A stretch of 64,000 nt of DNA, from contig CAVSQB010000006.1 of assembly GCA_963729895.1 (NCBI GenBank), forward strand, positions 1 to 64,000. Reading direction: 5' to 3'. The translations under genes and the position numbers were made by a program. The notes under the pieces are model-generated. The model had not been told where the DNA came from. It saw nothing but the letters and a program-made list of their open reading frames with translations, and did not search any database. Of the stretch, positions 38,652 through 48,693 are shown piece by piece (position 1 is the stretch's first letter; each line of letters begins with the position of its first letter). Source of the stretch: an uncultured Fibrobacterota bacterium. Lineage in GTDB: Bacteria > Fibrobacterota > Chitinivibrionia > Chitinivibrionales > FEN-1185.

Positions 38652-38929
38652 CTAAGGTCAAATTCCGCATCGGGAAGCGGAGATTCGTTTTATCATCATG
38701 TAAGATGTCAATGCTGTACGCAAAGTTTGAGCAAAGCCTTTCCCAACTGTGTAGACAGTATCATGCCCCTTTCATTGACCTCAATGCCAGGCTCAACCAT
38801 GACCCGTCTTGTTTCTTCGATGAAACCCATTTCACCGACTACGGAAACAGGATCGTGGGGAACGACCTGGCCGACTCCATTGCACCATGGTTGGTAGGCA
38901 TTCGGGGCCGGGTGCCAGTTCACCATTGA
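38652..38929 (+). pseudogene. 3' remnant of an SGNH/GDSL-type hydrolase gene
   Basis: LCRQYHAPFIDL...FFDETHFTDYGNRIVG resembles SGNH block V (DxxH); no 5' part on the other side of the IS. Confidence 0.6.
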
Positions 38930-38960
38930 TGTTCCCGCGGGGACAATCTCACAATTCCCC

Positions 38961-39665
38961 TCATCCCCCCAAATACGCCTCAATCACCTTCGGATTGTCC
39001 CGTATCTCCGCCGCGCTCCCGCTTAGCACGATGCTTCCGGTTTCCAGCACGTAGGCGGTGTGCGCGATTGACAAGGCTGTGGCCGCGTTCTGTTCCACCA
39101 GCAGGACGGTGGCGCCTTCCCTGTTTATGCGGGTGATGGTTTCGAACATGTCCGACACGAGCGCCGGCGCGAGTCCCATCGACGGCTCGTCGAGAAGCAT
39201 CAGGTCGCCGCCCGTGACCAGGGCGCGTCCCACGGCAAGCATCTGCTGTTCCCCTCCGGAAAGCGTACCGGCGACCTGTTTTCTACGTTCCGCAAGGCGC
39301 GGAAACAGCTCGAAGACGCGGCCCAGCGCCCGTGTCGTGGCAAACCTGGTTTGCCCGGACGATGCCGCCACCTCCAGGTTCTCCATCACCGTAAGCGGCG
39401 CGAAAATGCCCCTGCCCTCAGGCACGTGGGCAATGCCTCTTTTTACAATAAGGTGGGGCGCCAGCGAGGAAATGTCCTCTCCTTTGTATAGTATTGAACC
39501 GGATGAGGCCCGGTGCAGGCCGGAGATGGTGCGCAGCACGGTCGATTTACCGGCCCCGTTGGCGCCGATGATCGCCACGATACGGCCTTTCTCCACCGCA
39601 AACGATATGCCGCTGAGCGCGCCGATGGATCCGTAGGATGCGGAAAGGTTTGCCACCTTAAGCAC
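38961..39665 (-). CDS. livF: Branched-chain amino acid ABC transporter ATP-binding protein
   Basis: GANGAGKS, HVPEGR, LSGGEQQMLA, LDEPSMGLAP, EAYLGG. Confidence 0.93.
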   Translation of the reverse strand: MLKVANLSASYGSIGALSGISFAVEKGRIVAIIGANGAGKSTVLRTISGLHRASSGSILYKGEDISSLAPHLIVKRGIAHVPEGRGIFAPLTVMENLEVAASSGQTRFATTRALGRVFELFPRLAERRKQVAGTLSGGEQQMLAVGRALVTGGDLMLLDEPSMGLAPALVSDMFETITRINREGATVLLVEQNAATALSIAHTAYVLETGSIVLSGSAAEIRDNPKVIEAYLGG

Positions 39666-40431
39666 GGGCGCCTTCTTTCCCGAGATACGCCTCGATTACC
39701 CGCGGGTCTTTCCGGATCTTTTCGGGTGTTCCATCGGCAATGGTTTCGCCGAAGTCAAGCACGACGATCCGCTGGGACACCTGCATGATCACGCGCATGT
39801 TGTGTTCGATGATGAGGATGGTCAGGTTGAACCGCTTTTGTGTCCACAAAACAGTCTTGATGAGTTCCCCGGCCTCGCTCGGGTTCATGCCTGCGGCGGG
39901 TTCGTCGAGCAGAAGGAGCGAGGGCCCGGTCGCGATGGCGCGCGCGATTTCCAGGCGGCGCTGCTGGCCGTACGCCAGTGACGAGCCGCGCGCATCCGCC
40001 CTCTCCGCGAGGCCGAATATTGAAAGCAGCTCGCCGCACCAGGCATCAAGATCGTGTTCCTTTTTCCAGAACGACGGCGGGTGCAGCAGCGAGGACACAA
40101 GGCCGTAACCGGCCCGGCGCCGCGCCGCCACCTTGATATTATCGATAATCGACATGTCGTGAAACAGGCGGATGTTCTGGAACGTGCGCGCTATTCCGGC
40201 GCGGTTTACCGAATGCGGCGCCAGGCCGGTAATGGATTGGTTGTTGAACACGATGCCGCCTTTTGACGGTTTGTAAATCCCGGAAATCAGGTTGAACACC
40301 GTTGTCTTTCCCGCGCCGTTGGGCCCGATGAGCCCCACAAGCTCGCCGCGTTCGAGCGACAGGTTGAAGTCCGACACGGCGCACAGGCCGCCGAAATAAT
40401 GGGTGAGATTGGTTATGGTGAACAGGGGCAT
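39658..40431 (-). CDS. livG: Branched-chain amino acid ABC transporter ATP-binding protein
   Basis: GPNGAGKTT, ARTFQNIRLF, LAYGQQRRLEIARA, LDEPAAGMNP. Confidence 0.93.
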   Translation of the reverse strand: MPLFTITNLTHYFGGLCAVSDFNLSLERGELVGLIGPNGAGKTTVFNLISGIYKPSKGGIVFNNQSITGLAPHSVNRAGIARTFQNIRLFHDMSIIDNIKVAARRRAGYGLVSSLLHPPSFWKKEHDLDAWCGELLSIFGLAERADARGSSLAYGQQRRLEIARAIATGPSLLLLDEPAAGMNPSEAGELIKTVLWTQKRFNLTILIIEHNMRVIMQVSQRIVVLDFGETIADGTPEKIRKDPRVIEAYLGKEGARA

Positions 40432-40520
40432 AGGTTGTCCGTTTCAACTAATCCGGCATTTCGTTCTTTTCTTGACCGCTTCTCACGTTGCGTCCTTCGC
40501 GTGTCTGCGGTGAGGCGTTC

Positions 40521-41558
40521 TTAGTTCTTATTCCTTTTCCCGACCATTTCCTTGTACTTCCACGGCACCAGGAAACCGAATTCCCGATCTCCCATGATTC
40601 CGTCCCGCAGAAACCGCATTACGAGGATCAGGATGAGGGGATATATCACCATGCGCCATCCTTCGATGTTGACAAGCCTGAGGCCTTCCGGCACCAGGGT
40701 GAAAACGCCGGCGCCAACGATGCTGCCCGCGATGGTGTGCGGCCCGCCTATGTACAGGAAAATAAGAATGTCGAGCGTCTTGAGGAAGCCGAAGTTGTCG
40801 GGATTGATGTAGCGGCTCATATGGGCAAACAGGCCGCCCGCGATTCCGGCAAAAAATGCGCCCAGGGCGAACGCCCCGACTTTCTGGAACGTGGTGTTGA
40901 TCCCCATGCAGCTTGCCGCGATCTCGTTGTCGCGCACCGCAATGCAGGCCCTGCCGGAATGCGAGTACACGAAATTCCGCATCATCCAGAGGGACAGCAG
41001 AAAGAATACGCCTATGTAAAACGCGCCTGCAAACGCCGGAATTCCGGGAATGCCGCGCGGGCCGCCCAGAAAATCGGAGAACCGCAGTCCGGCGCGGATG
41101 ACCTCACCGGCCGCCAGCGTGACGATGGCGAGGTAGTCGCCGCGGAGGCGCAAGGAAGGAAACCCGATGGCAAAACCGAAAACGCCGGCCGCTGCGCCTC
41201 CCGCGAACATGGAGAGAACAAACACGGCATGGCCTTCGACCGACGAAGCGTTGAGCGGGTTACCAAAAAGCAATTTCGGCAGCAGGGTCGTGATCGCGGC
41301 CGAGGCATAGGCGCCGATCGCCATGAACCCGGCGTGGCCGAGGGAGAACTGGCCGGCATGTCCGTTGATAAGAGAGAGCGACGCGGTGAGGATGATGTTG
41401 ATCTCGATGAGGAAGACGATGCGGGAGTAATACTGGAATTGGCGATGGCCGGACAGCAGGCCGATGACAGTTTGGAGAATTATGAAGCTGCCCAGAACAA
41501 AAATGAGCTTGAGGGTATGGGTTTGTTTTGATTCGGGCATTTTATTCTTATGCGTCAT
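40521..41558 (-). CDS. livM: Branched-chain amino acid ABC transporter permease
   Basis: GQFSLGHAGF, LRLRGDYLAIVTL, AVRDNEIAA. Confidence 0.92.
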   Translation of the reverse strand: MTHKNKMPESKQTHTLKLIFVLGSFIILQTVIGLLSGHRQFQYYSRIVFLIEINIILTASLSLINGHAGQFSLGHAGFMAIGAYASAAITTLLPKLLFGNPLNASSVEGHAVFVLSMFAGGAAAGVFGFAIGFPSLRLRGDYLAIVTLAAGEVIRAGLRFSDFLGGPRGIPGIPAFAGAFYIGVFFLLSLWMMRNFVYSHSGRACIAVRDNEIAASCMGINTTFQKVGAFALGAFFAGIAGGLFAHMSRYINPDNFGFLKTLDILIFLYIGGPHTIAGSIVGAGVFTLVPEGLRLVNIEGWRMVIYPLILILVMRFLRDGIMGDREFGFLVPWKYKEMVGKRNKN

Positions 41559-41633
41559 TCAGTAGGGTAAATCAATTTCCTTAGTGGGGAAACTTCCCCC
41601 CTTAAGAACCAAAATTGTTCGTAGTATCTTTTG

Positions 41634-42767
41634 CTAAACCTTCTCTTGCTCGGATTTCCCCAATATCCCGGTCGGCTTTACAAGCAGGATAACAATCAGA
41701 ATAATAAACGCCGCCGCGAACCCCAGGTTCGAATCCACCGAATTGGCGAACACCTCGGATATCCCCATGATGAAAGCGCCGATCACGGCGCCGGGAAGGC
41801 TGCCGATGCCGCCGAGTACCGCGGCGATGAACGCTTTCATGCCCGGGGCGAAGCCGAGAAACGGCGACTGGAGCACGCCGTAGTTCATGGCGTAGAGGAT
41901 GCCCGACGCGCCCGCAAGCGCGGGACCGATCACGAACGTGAGCGAAATGATCCTGTCGACGTCGATGCCCATGAGCGAGGCGGCGTCGTGGTTGAATGCC
42001 ACGGCCCGCATCTGCTTTCCCAGGAGCGTTTTCTCCACAAGAAACCACAGGCACAGCAGCAGCAGGCCGCACACCGCGAGGTTTATGACGAACATGTTGG
42101 TGACCGAGACGTCGAGGCCGGGAATGCGCATTATGTCAACCCTGGCCGCCAGGTCGGGAAAGGCGCGGTATTTGTTTTCGAACACGACCGGCAGCGAACA
42201 GAAGTTCTCCAGAAAGTATGAAACGCCGAGCGCCGTGATAAGCACGGAAAGCCGCTTCCTGCGGCGCAGCGGGCGATATGCTATCCGCTCCATGGTTACG
42301 CCCAGCACCGCGCAGACTGCCATAACATAGCACACGAGCAGGGGAAAGAAGGCGATGCCGGGCCGCAGTGAAAAGAGAATGCGGGAGCCGGCCAGCAGAA
42401 TCGGCGCAAGTGCCGCGGTAAGGGCGCCCATGACGAGCAGTTTGAGTGCGTTCACGGCAATCGCAGAGGCGCCCGCAGCGCCGGGAAGAATTTTACGGAT
42501 CGGAAGCCGGTCGAACAGCGCGGCCATCACCAGGTAGGCGATTGCAAGGGCTATGAGGACGCAGAGGCGGGGCGGAAATGTCGACGCGCCGGTGGAAAAC
42601 GAAACTGCAAAAAATGCCACGTACGCGCCGACCATGAATATATCGGCATGCGCGAAATTGATGAGCTTGATGACGCCGTAGACAAGGGTGTAGCCCAGCG
42701 CGATGAGGGCATAGATGGAACCGAGCTGGAGCCCGTTGACGATCTGCTGGAAAACGTAGCCCGACAT
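41634..42767 (-). CDS. livH: Branched-chain amino acid ABC transporter permease
   Basis: NGLQLGSIYALIALGYTLVYG...NFAH; KAFIAAVLGGIGS; KPTGILG. Confidence 0.92.
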   Translation of the reverse strand: MSGYVFQQIVNGLQLGSIYALIALGYTLVYGVIKLINFAHADIFMVGAYVAFFAVSFSTGASTFPPRLCVLIALAIAYLVMAALFDRLPIRKILPGAAGASAIAVNALKLLVMGALTAALAPILLAGSRILFSLRPGIAFFPLLVCYVMAVCAVLGVTMERIAYRPLRRRKRLSVLITALGVSYFLENFCSLPVVFENKYRAFPDLAARVDIMRIPGLDVSVTNMFVINLAVCGLLLLCLWFLVEKTLLGKQMRAVAFNHDAASLMGIDVDRIISLTFVIGPALAGASGILYAMNYGVLQSPFLGFAPGMKAFIAAVLGGIGSLPGAVIGAFIMGISEVFANSVDSNLGFAAAFIILIVILLVKPTGILGKSEQEKV

Positions 42768-42811
42768 GTGAGAAAGGCCTTATCCCTTTTGTCAAACAGC
42801 ATGCATTCCGG

Positions 42812-43972
42812 TCACGGCGCCACGCGTTCCACGAACGCCTGCCTGCCGTGCCTGATGGCGAGCACCACCGCCGACTTGACGGGATTCCTCTTCCCGTCAA
42901 ACGTGATGGTTCCCGAAACGCCGGCAACGGAGCCGGTGCGGATCGCCTCCCTGAGCGCGTCCGGGTCCACGCTCTGCGTCTTTTCGAGCGCCGAGAGCAG
43001 GATGATTGACGCGTCGTAGGCGAGCGAGGCGAGGGCGTCGGGTTCGGCGCCGAATCTTTCCTTGTATTTCCTCACGAAATTGCGCACCGTCGCGCTCGTG
43101 TCGTCTTTGGAGAAGTGATTGGAGAACACGCAGCCTTCAACCGCCGCGCCGCCGATCTTCACGAGTTCGGGCGAGTCCCACCCGTCGCCGCCGCCGGTGG
43201 GAACGCGCAGGCCGATCTCCAGCGCCTGCTTCATGATCATGGCGTCGGCCGTGTAGTAGTTGGGGCAGTAGAGGAAGTCCGGGGCGGCGGCCTTGATATT
43301 GGTGAGCTGCGCCTTGAAATCAACCGTGTTCGCCTCGTCGGTGAACGCCTCCCTGGCAACGATGGTCCCGCCGTATCCCGCAAATTTGTCCGCAAATACT
43401 TCCGCGAGGCCCTTGTTGTAGTCGTTGCCGTTGTCAAACAGGATGGCAGCTTTCTTTGCTTTAAGGGAAATCGCGGCGTACTTCGCCATCACCATGCCCT
43501 GGAACGGGTCGATAAAACAGGCGCGGAAGATAAAATCGCCCGCTTCGGTGACTTTCTCGTTTGTAGAGGCCGGGGAAATCATGGGAACGCGGGATTCCTG
43601 ACAAATGGGGGCAATCGCGAGCGAGTTTTTGGACGCCACCGCGCCGATGATCGCGACCACGCCGTCTCGGCTGATCAGCTTCTGGCAGGCGTTGGCCGCC
43701 TTTTCCGGCTGGCCCTCGTCGTCTTCGTACACGGCGCGCACGGGCAGTTTTTCGCCGGCCACCATGATGCCGCCGTCCTTGTTTGCCTCCGAAATCGCAA
43801 GCTCCATGGCCTGCTTCGACGATTGACCGTATGTTGCGGTATTGCCCGACAGCGGGAACAGCCCGCCCACCACGATTTCCTTCCTGGATTTCGAGCATCC
43901 GGCGAGGAGCAGAATGGCGGCGGCCAGCGCGGCAAAGGGTTTCATGAGACTGACCTTTTTTGAAAGAGACAT
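42812..43972 (-). CDS. Branched-chain amino acid ABC substrate-binding lipoprotein (LivK/LivJ-like)
   Basis: Lipobox LAGC; PLSG..ATYG; FRACFIDPFQG; GGDGWDS. Confidence 0.92.
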   Translation of the reverse strand: MSLSKKVSLMKPFAALAAAILLLAGCSKSRKEIVVGGLFPLSGNTATYGQSSKQAMELAISEANKDGGIMVAGEKLPVRAVYEDDEGQPEKAANACQKLISRDGVVAIIGAVASKNSLAIAPICQESRVPMISPASTNEKVTEAGDFIFRACFIDPFQGMVMAKYAAISLKAKKAAILFDNGNDYNKGLAEVFADKFAGYGGTIVAREAFTDEANTVDFKAQLTNIKAAAPDFLYCPNYYTADAMIMKQALEIGLRVPTGGGDGWDSPELVKIGGAAVEGCVFSNHFSKDDTSATVRNFVRKYKERFGAEPDALASLAYDASIILLSALEKTQSVDPDALREAIRTGSVAGVSGTITFDGKRNPVKSAVVLAIRHGRQAFVERVAP

Positions 43973-44181
43973 GAGCAGGGTGTGCCTCTGGTGAACCAGT
44001 TACCAGTATTCAAAATAGATTCACAGGTGTTCGTGGGGCAGAAAAAAATACCGAGGAGGCTTGGTCCGCGGCTCAGGGATTCTCCGCCAGAAGGAGAAGA
44101 AGGCAAGCCAAGGATGGGCGAAGGGAAGGCTGGTGTTTCAAGTGTGCGCGCAGCAATACCTAAAGAAGATTTAAATGCGTC

Positions 44182-44535
44182 TGGATGGCTGAGCCGGGTG
44201 ACCCCCAAGTGAGTTTATTTGCAAGAATCAAATTTTGGGCTGGGGGGCACCCACGAGGTGTCGCTGTACAGGTGAAGTCTTTTATGTATTATCTCCCAGA
44301 AGAAGTTGACAATTGTGGAATTGCTCTTCTGCCCCGCGCCAGGCCGGACCGCAACGTGTGCCGGAGCACAGTACCGCCTGATCCCTTGCCGAAGGCGGTA
44401 GGGACAGGCGGTACCGAGGCCGATGGGTCGAGCGTGGAGGGAGGGCCGCCGTCCCGATGGGGACGGCGGCCCTCCCATATCCTTATCTCGATATTGCAAC
44501 GGGTACATCGACGCTGCACACGCTCAGCACACCAG
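44182..44535. repeat. Composite element: L hairpin (44196-44252), F module (44336-44472, minus strand), partial R module (44501-44535)
   Basis: TGGATGGCTGAGCCGG...GCTCAGCACACCA ends; colinear with 48338-48670. Confidence 0.82.
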
Positions 44536-44557
44536 AATCATATTCAAATTTCGATAC

Positions 44558-44620
44558 TCAGCAGAATCCCTTCTCCGTGAGCCATTTCTGCGCGTCAAGC
44601 GCGGCCATGCATCCGCTTCC
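44558..44620 (-). pseudogene. Duplicated 3' tail of trxB (last 20 codons plus stop)
   Basis: Encodes GSGCMAALDAQKWLTEKGFC*, identical to 48694-48756 at protein level. Confidence 0.9.
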
Positions 44621-44643
44621 CCGCCTTCGCAAAGCACGCGCCT

Positions 44644-46485
44644 TTACATAAGCACTATTCGCTTTGCGAGCATTTTCTCCCCGACCTTGCACCTCAGAAC
44701 GTATCCACCTTTTGTCAATAAAGTCCCTTTGTCCCCGTTCGTCCATGCAAACCGGCAACTCCCCGGAGCGCCGGTACCCGAGTACAGCGTGGCGACGCGT
44801 TTCCCGGCAAGCGAGAACACCTCGAACGAGACCGCGCACGGCTTGTCAACGGTGTATGCGATGCCGATGCCGCGGCCGGTCCCGGTTGAGAACACCGACA
44901 AAACAGGGGCACAGCTTGATGCGCCCGGCTGTTGCGCGGCTAACCTGATGAGAATCCAGAACGTATCAACCGCCGAATACTTGGTGCTGCCGAAACCCGC
45001 GCTCACCCTCCAGAAGAGTTTTCCCAGAGGGAGATCCGCCTGTTGACCATAGAGCGTGTCGGAAAGCGGCAGGGAAATGAACGGATTGGCGAAATTCCCC
45101 ACCGTATCGACTTCAAGCATATACGTTGTCGCTCCGACGACCGGATGCCAGGCCAAGACCGGCCGGCGCGTTGACTGGGTATCGGGAAAGACAGGGATCA
45201 GCAGAGGAATCGAATCGTTCTCAATGACAAAGGTGTCGGCTGCGGAATACTGCGTTCCGGCGGCGGATTTCACCCGCCAACTGATGACACCTACGGGCAA
45301 ATCGGCTCGAGGCGTGTAAAAGGTGTCGGAGGTAATTTCGGAAATAAGCGGCGAAGCAAAACCGGAATTGTTGTTGATTTGAATCGTGTAGGAGGCCGAT
45401 CCTTTTACTGGGTGCCACGTGAGCGTGGGCCTCCGGTTAAGCGTGGGATCGGGTGTGCACGGAATAAGCTGGGGCGTCAAGGAATCAAGAATGGTGACCG
45501 ACGACGTTGCCGACCACGTTGACAAGTCCGCGTCGTTGCATACCCGCCAGTAAATTGTCCTTACGGGAAGATTAGCCTCCGGCGTGTAGAAAGTGTCGGA
45601 GAGCGGGAGGGAAATGATCGGAGATGCGAACAGTGGAAGCGTGTCGACCTGCAGCCGGTACGCCGTGATGCCGGGCTTGGAAAACCATCTGAACTCGGGC
45701 CTTTGGTTGTAGGTAGGGTTGGGCATGTAGGGAATCAGGACCGGCGTGCCCGGCTTGGGGGCGGAAAGAAAATGTGCTTTGATGGTGTCGGCGCTCAGCG
45801 CATAGTTGTAAAGTTTGAGCTCGTCGATTCTTCCTTTGTCAAAAAGTCGGACCGAACCGTCCTGCAGTGTCTGGCAGGCGATGCGCGCATTGGCCGTCAC
45901 AGGATACCCGATTCCCCCAGAATACGGTGCCTGCGCCTCCAAAGTACCGTTCACATAAAGGCGGACCGAACCTCCATCGTAGGTGGCAACAAAATGGTAC
46001 CATTTCCCTGTGGTGATAGTGGTGGTCGACACTGTCGTTATCCAATCGTTTCTTGACGAGTTCGATATCCCGAATTCGGCCAGTTCATCGCTGTTAACGA
46101 ACAGACCGTACCCGTTGTAAAAGCCCTCCGCTATATACTGGTAGTCAAATATGTAGGCGGACATCATGCTGTCTGTGTTGTACCATGCCTCAATAGTGAG
46201 ATTGTTCAAGGCGAAACTATCCTGGGAATTCGCAACCGTCATCTCATACGAGGTCCCGGAGCAGGAAAGCGCCTGGCCCACGACTCCGGATGCCCGGCCC
46301 ACGCCCGAGCCTGTCCAGGAGGCATTGTACCCGTGGCCGGTAACGTCGAAGAACGTGTGGCCCGCGGCTGAATCAAATGACCAGTACGCAACGAGCTTCT
46401 GCTGGCTTGTTTGAGCGAACAAATTCCCGCAGAAACATGCCGCAAGGGCGAACGCAACCAAGAAGGGAACTCTGAAGCGTTTCAT
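44644..46485 (-). CDS. Secreted LamG/concanavalin-A domain protein with three ~88-aa beta-sandwich repeats and a FlgD/T9SS-like tail
   Basis: LVAYWSFD, WYHFVATYDG...LYVNG, GRIDEL..YNYALS; three repeats P.LIP..P......RP...W...YWRV; VFSLAGKRVATL. Confidence 0.87.
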   Translation of the reverse strand: MKRFRVPFLVAFALAACFCGNLFAQTSQQKLVAYWSFDSAAGHTFFDVTGHGYNASWTGSGVGRASGVVGQALSCSGTSYEMTVANSQDSFALNNLTIEAWYNTDSMMSAYIFDYQYIAEGFYNGYGLFVNSDELAEFGISNSSRNDWITTVSTTTITTGKWYHFVATYDGGSVRLYVNGTLEAQAPYSGGIGYPVTANARIACQTLQDGSVRLFDKGRIDELKLYNYALSADTIKAHFLSAPKPGTPVLIPYMPNPTYNQRPEFRWFSKPGITAYRLQVDTLPLFASPIISLPLSDTFYTPEANLPVRTIYWRVCNDADLSTWSATSSVTILDSLTPQLIPCTPDPTLNRRPTLTWHPVKGSASYTIQINNNSGFASPLISEITSDTFYTPRADLPVGVISWRVKSAAGTQYSAADTFVIENDSIPLLIPVFPDTQSTRRPVLAWHPVVGATTYMLEVDTVGNFANPFISLPLSDTLYGQQADLPLGKLFWRVSAGFGSTKYSAVDTFWILIRLAAQQPGASSCAPVLSVFSTGTGRGIGIAYTVDKPCAVSFEVFSLAGKRVATLYSGTGAPGSCRFAWTNGDKGTLLTKGGYVLRCKVGEKMLAKRIVLM

Positions 46486-46749
46486 ATTTAACCCCCATGA
46501 TAACGGTGAGCCGAATCCTCTGCGATACCTGTCATTTAGCAATATACCAAGTGTATGCAAGAAAGCAAATTGATTTTTGACAAATGGTTTTCTGCGTTGC
46601 CGCTAATCATGGGCATTCCCGCTTGGAAGTCAACACTTCGAGGGCAATTTCCCTTGCCTCTATAATATATTGTCAATCCCTCGTTTCGCAAGCACCTTTG
46701 AAAGAAAGTGTTTTCTGGCAGAAACCAGGCTGGGGCATTCAGGTGCTAT

Positions 46750-46983
46750 TGGATGGCTGAGCCGGAAATATGAATAACAAAATGCTTTTGGATAGCAGTG
46801 CCGGGTGACCCCAAAGTGGGAGTTGCGGCGAGAATCCAACCCAAGGAAGTGTATACTCGTGAGAAAAGAATCCTTCGGGGGAGAAGTATCTCCCCCGGCC
46901 TCGCCCCGCTTCGCTTTCCTCGACGCTCCCCTCTCCAGGGTGCACCCCTTGTGAAGGCAGTAGCAAGCGTCAACACCCGTGTG
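46750..46983. repeat. Left part of a composite element (two left-end motifs, G-like module, L hairpin broken by IS3)
   Basis: TGGATGGCTGAGCCGG; CCGGGTGACCCCAAAGTGGGAGTT; GGGGGAGAAGTATCTCCCCC; GGGTGCACCCC...GTG. Confidence 0.7.
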
Positions 46984-47048
46984 TGAGATGGTCGACTTTT
47001 CTTGACAGGAATTTCTGATTGCTTAGTTGGCCTTGCCTGTCTTGCTCG

Positions 47049-47891
47049 TCAAGCTGCCTTTGATAGCACTACCTCACCAATATACACTTCCATTGGATAG
47101 TTGTAAAGGAGGGACGAGTGCTCCCTCCGGTTGTTGTACCGTTCAAAGAACTCCGCAAGGCCGGTGCGGCACTCGGCAACGGAGCTGTACCCCCGTATGT
47201 AGATGTCGTCGTACTTGACCGTTCGCCACAGCCTCTCGACAAACACGTTATCCAGCGCCCGCCCTCGTCCGTCCATGCTGATCCGGATACCGCGTTCAAG
47301 GAGCACCGAGGTGAACTCCTCGCTGGTGAACTGACATCCCTGATCCGAGTTGAAGATTTCCGGTTCTCCGTACTTCGCCAGTGCCTCCTTGAGAACTTCG
47401 ATGCAGAAGCCGCTGTCCAGCGAGGTCGACAGACGCCATGCAAGGACGCACCGACTGTACCAGTCGATAACGGCGCAGAGGTAAGCGAAGCCGCCGTTGA
47501 GGCGGATGTAGGTGATATCGGTGCTCCACACCTGGTTGGGGTGGTTGACCACTACGCCACGAAGCAGATACGGGTACTTCTTGTGTGCCTTATTGGGCTT
47601 CGAGGTGTTCAGGGCCCGGTAGATCGCGTGGAGGCCCATACGGGCCATCAGCCTGCGAATCTTGCTGCGCCCAACCTCCAGCCCAAACTGACGCCTCATG
47701 GCCGCCCGGAGCCTTCTGGTGCCCCGCGTGGGGTCATCGGTGAATAGCTCATCGATACGATCCATGAGCAACTTGTTCATCGGACTAGTCTGCGGCGTAT
47801 AGTAAATCGAGGTCCGACAAATGGAAAGCAGCGAACACTGCCTCTTCAAAGTCAAGTCCTCGCTTGTAGAATCGGCCATCTTTGCTCTCAT
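47049..47891 (-). CDS. IS3 OrfB (DDE integrase domain)
   Basis: WSTDITYI, IDWYSR, NSDQGCQFTS, DNVFVERLWRTVKY. Confidence 0.94.
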   Translation of the reverse strand: MRAKMADSTSEDLTLKRQCSLLSICRTSIYYTPQTSPMNKLLMDRIDELFTDDPTRGTRRLRAAMRRQFGLEVGRSKIRRLMARMGLHAIYRALNTSKPNKAHKKYPYLLRGVVVNHPNQVWSTDITYIRLNGGFAYLCAVIDWYSRCVLAWRLSTSLDSGFCIEVLKEALAKYGEPEIFNSDQGCQFTSEEFTSVLLERGIRISMDGRGRALDNVFVERLWRTVKYDDIYIRGYSSVAECRTGLAEFFERYNNRREHSSLLYNYPMEVYIGEVVLSKAA

Positions 47892-48292
47892 AGCATGCCC
47901 AGCTTCCGCAAGTTTTTTTTTAGGAACTCGACATCCATGGTCAGCTCCCCGACCTTGCGTGCATACTCATCGCGATCACCGCGAACGCGCTCAAGCTCTT
48001 GCTCGGCGTTCTTGTCTCCCGAAAAAGCCATCTGCGCGTTGCCAAGAAACTGCCTGCGCCACTGAGCTATCTGGTTGGGATGGACTTCGTACCGACTTGC
48101 CAAAACGGACAGCGGTTCGGCCTCCTTCAAGGCTTCCAGAACCACCTTCGTCTTCAGAGCGTCGTCGATCTTGCGGCGGGTCCGCTTGGCGGGGTTGCCA
48201 TCGCTGTTCGGGGACATCGCGGCGGCCTTCGCTTGCTGCTTCCGGTTCATGTTGGACTCCTTTGATAATGAAAAAATACCCTCGGAATCCAA
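47888..48292 (-). CDS. IS3 OrfA (HTH), fused to OrfB by probable -1 frameshift; true start may be 48250
   Basis: KTKVVLEAL...LASRYEVHPNQIAQWRRQF; A9 run at 47913-47921; ATGA overlap with orfB. Confidence 0.9.
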   Translation of the reverse strand: MDSEGIFSLSKESNMNRKQQAKAAAMSPNSDGNPAKRTRRKIDDALKTKVVLEALKEAEPLSVLASRYEVHPNQIAQWRRQFLGNAQMAFSGDKNAEQELERVRGDRDEYARKVGELTMDVEFLKKNLRKLGML

Positions 48293-48336
48293 CTAAGAAA
48301 CCATTATTTCCTGTTCAAAAATCCCGGACCATCTCA

Positions 48337-48670
48337 GTGGGGGCACCCGCGAGATGTCGCTGGACAGGTAAAGTCTTGAATGCATTATCTCATGGAAGAA
48401 GTTGACAATTGTGGAATTGCTCCACTGCCAAGCGCCAGGCCGGACTGGAACGTGCGCAGGGTGCAGTGCCGCTTGATCCCTAGCCGAAGGCGGGTGGGGA
48501 CAAGCGGCACCGAGGCCGAACGGCCGAGCGTGGAAGGAGGGCCGCCGTCCCGATGGGGACGGGGCGCCCAATTCTTGTTTGTCTTGTTGCCACGGGTACA
48601 TCCAGGCCGCACCGGCTCAGCAAACCAAAACTGAACTATCCATTTATCGCCGCACCGGCTCAGCACACCA
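48337..48670. repeat. Right part of the composite element: F module (48432-48569, minus strand) and two R-type ends
   Basis: GGGGCACCC...GAAGTTGACAATTGTGGAATTGC...GGGTACATCC...GCTCAGCAAACCA...GCTCAGCACACCA. Confidence 0.82.
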
Positions 48671-48693
48671 GAATCATATTCAAATTTAGATGC

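Larger units (their letters stand above)
46984..48336 (-). mobile_element. IS3-family element (1353 bp)
   Basis: TG...CA ends; IRs TGAGATGGTC...ACAGGAA; GTG duplicated at 46981-46983 and 48337-48339. Confidence 0.95.
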
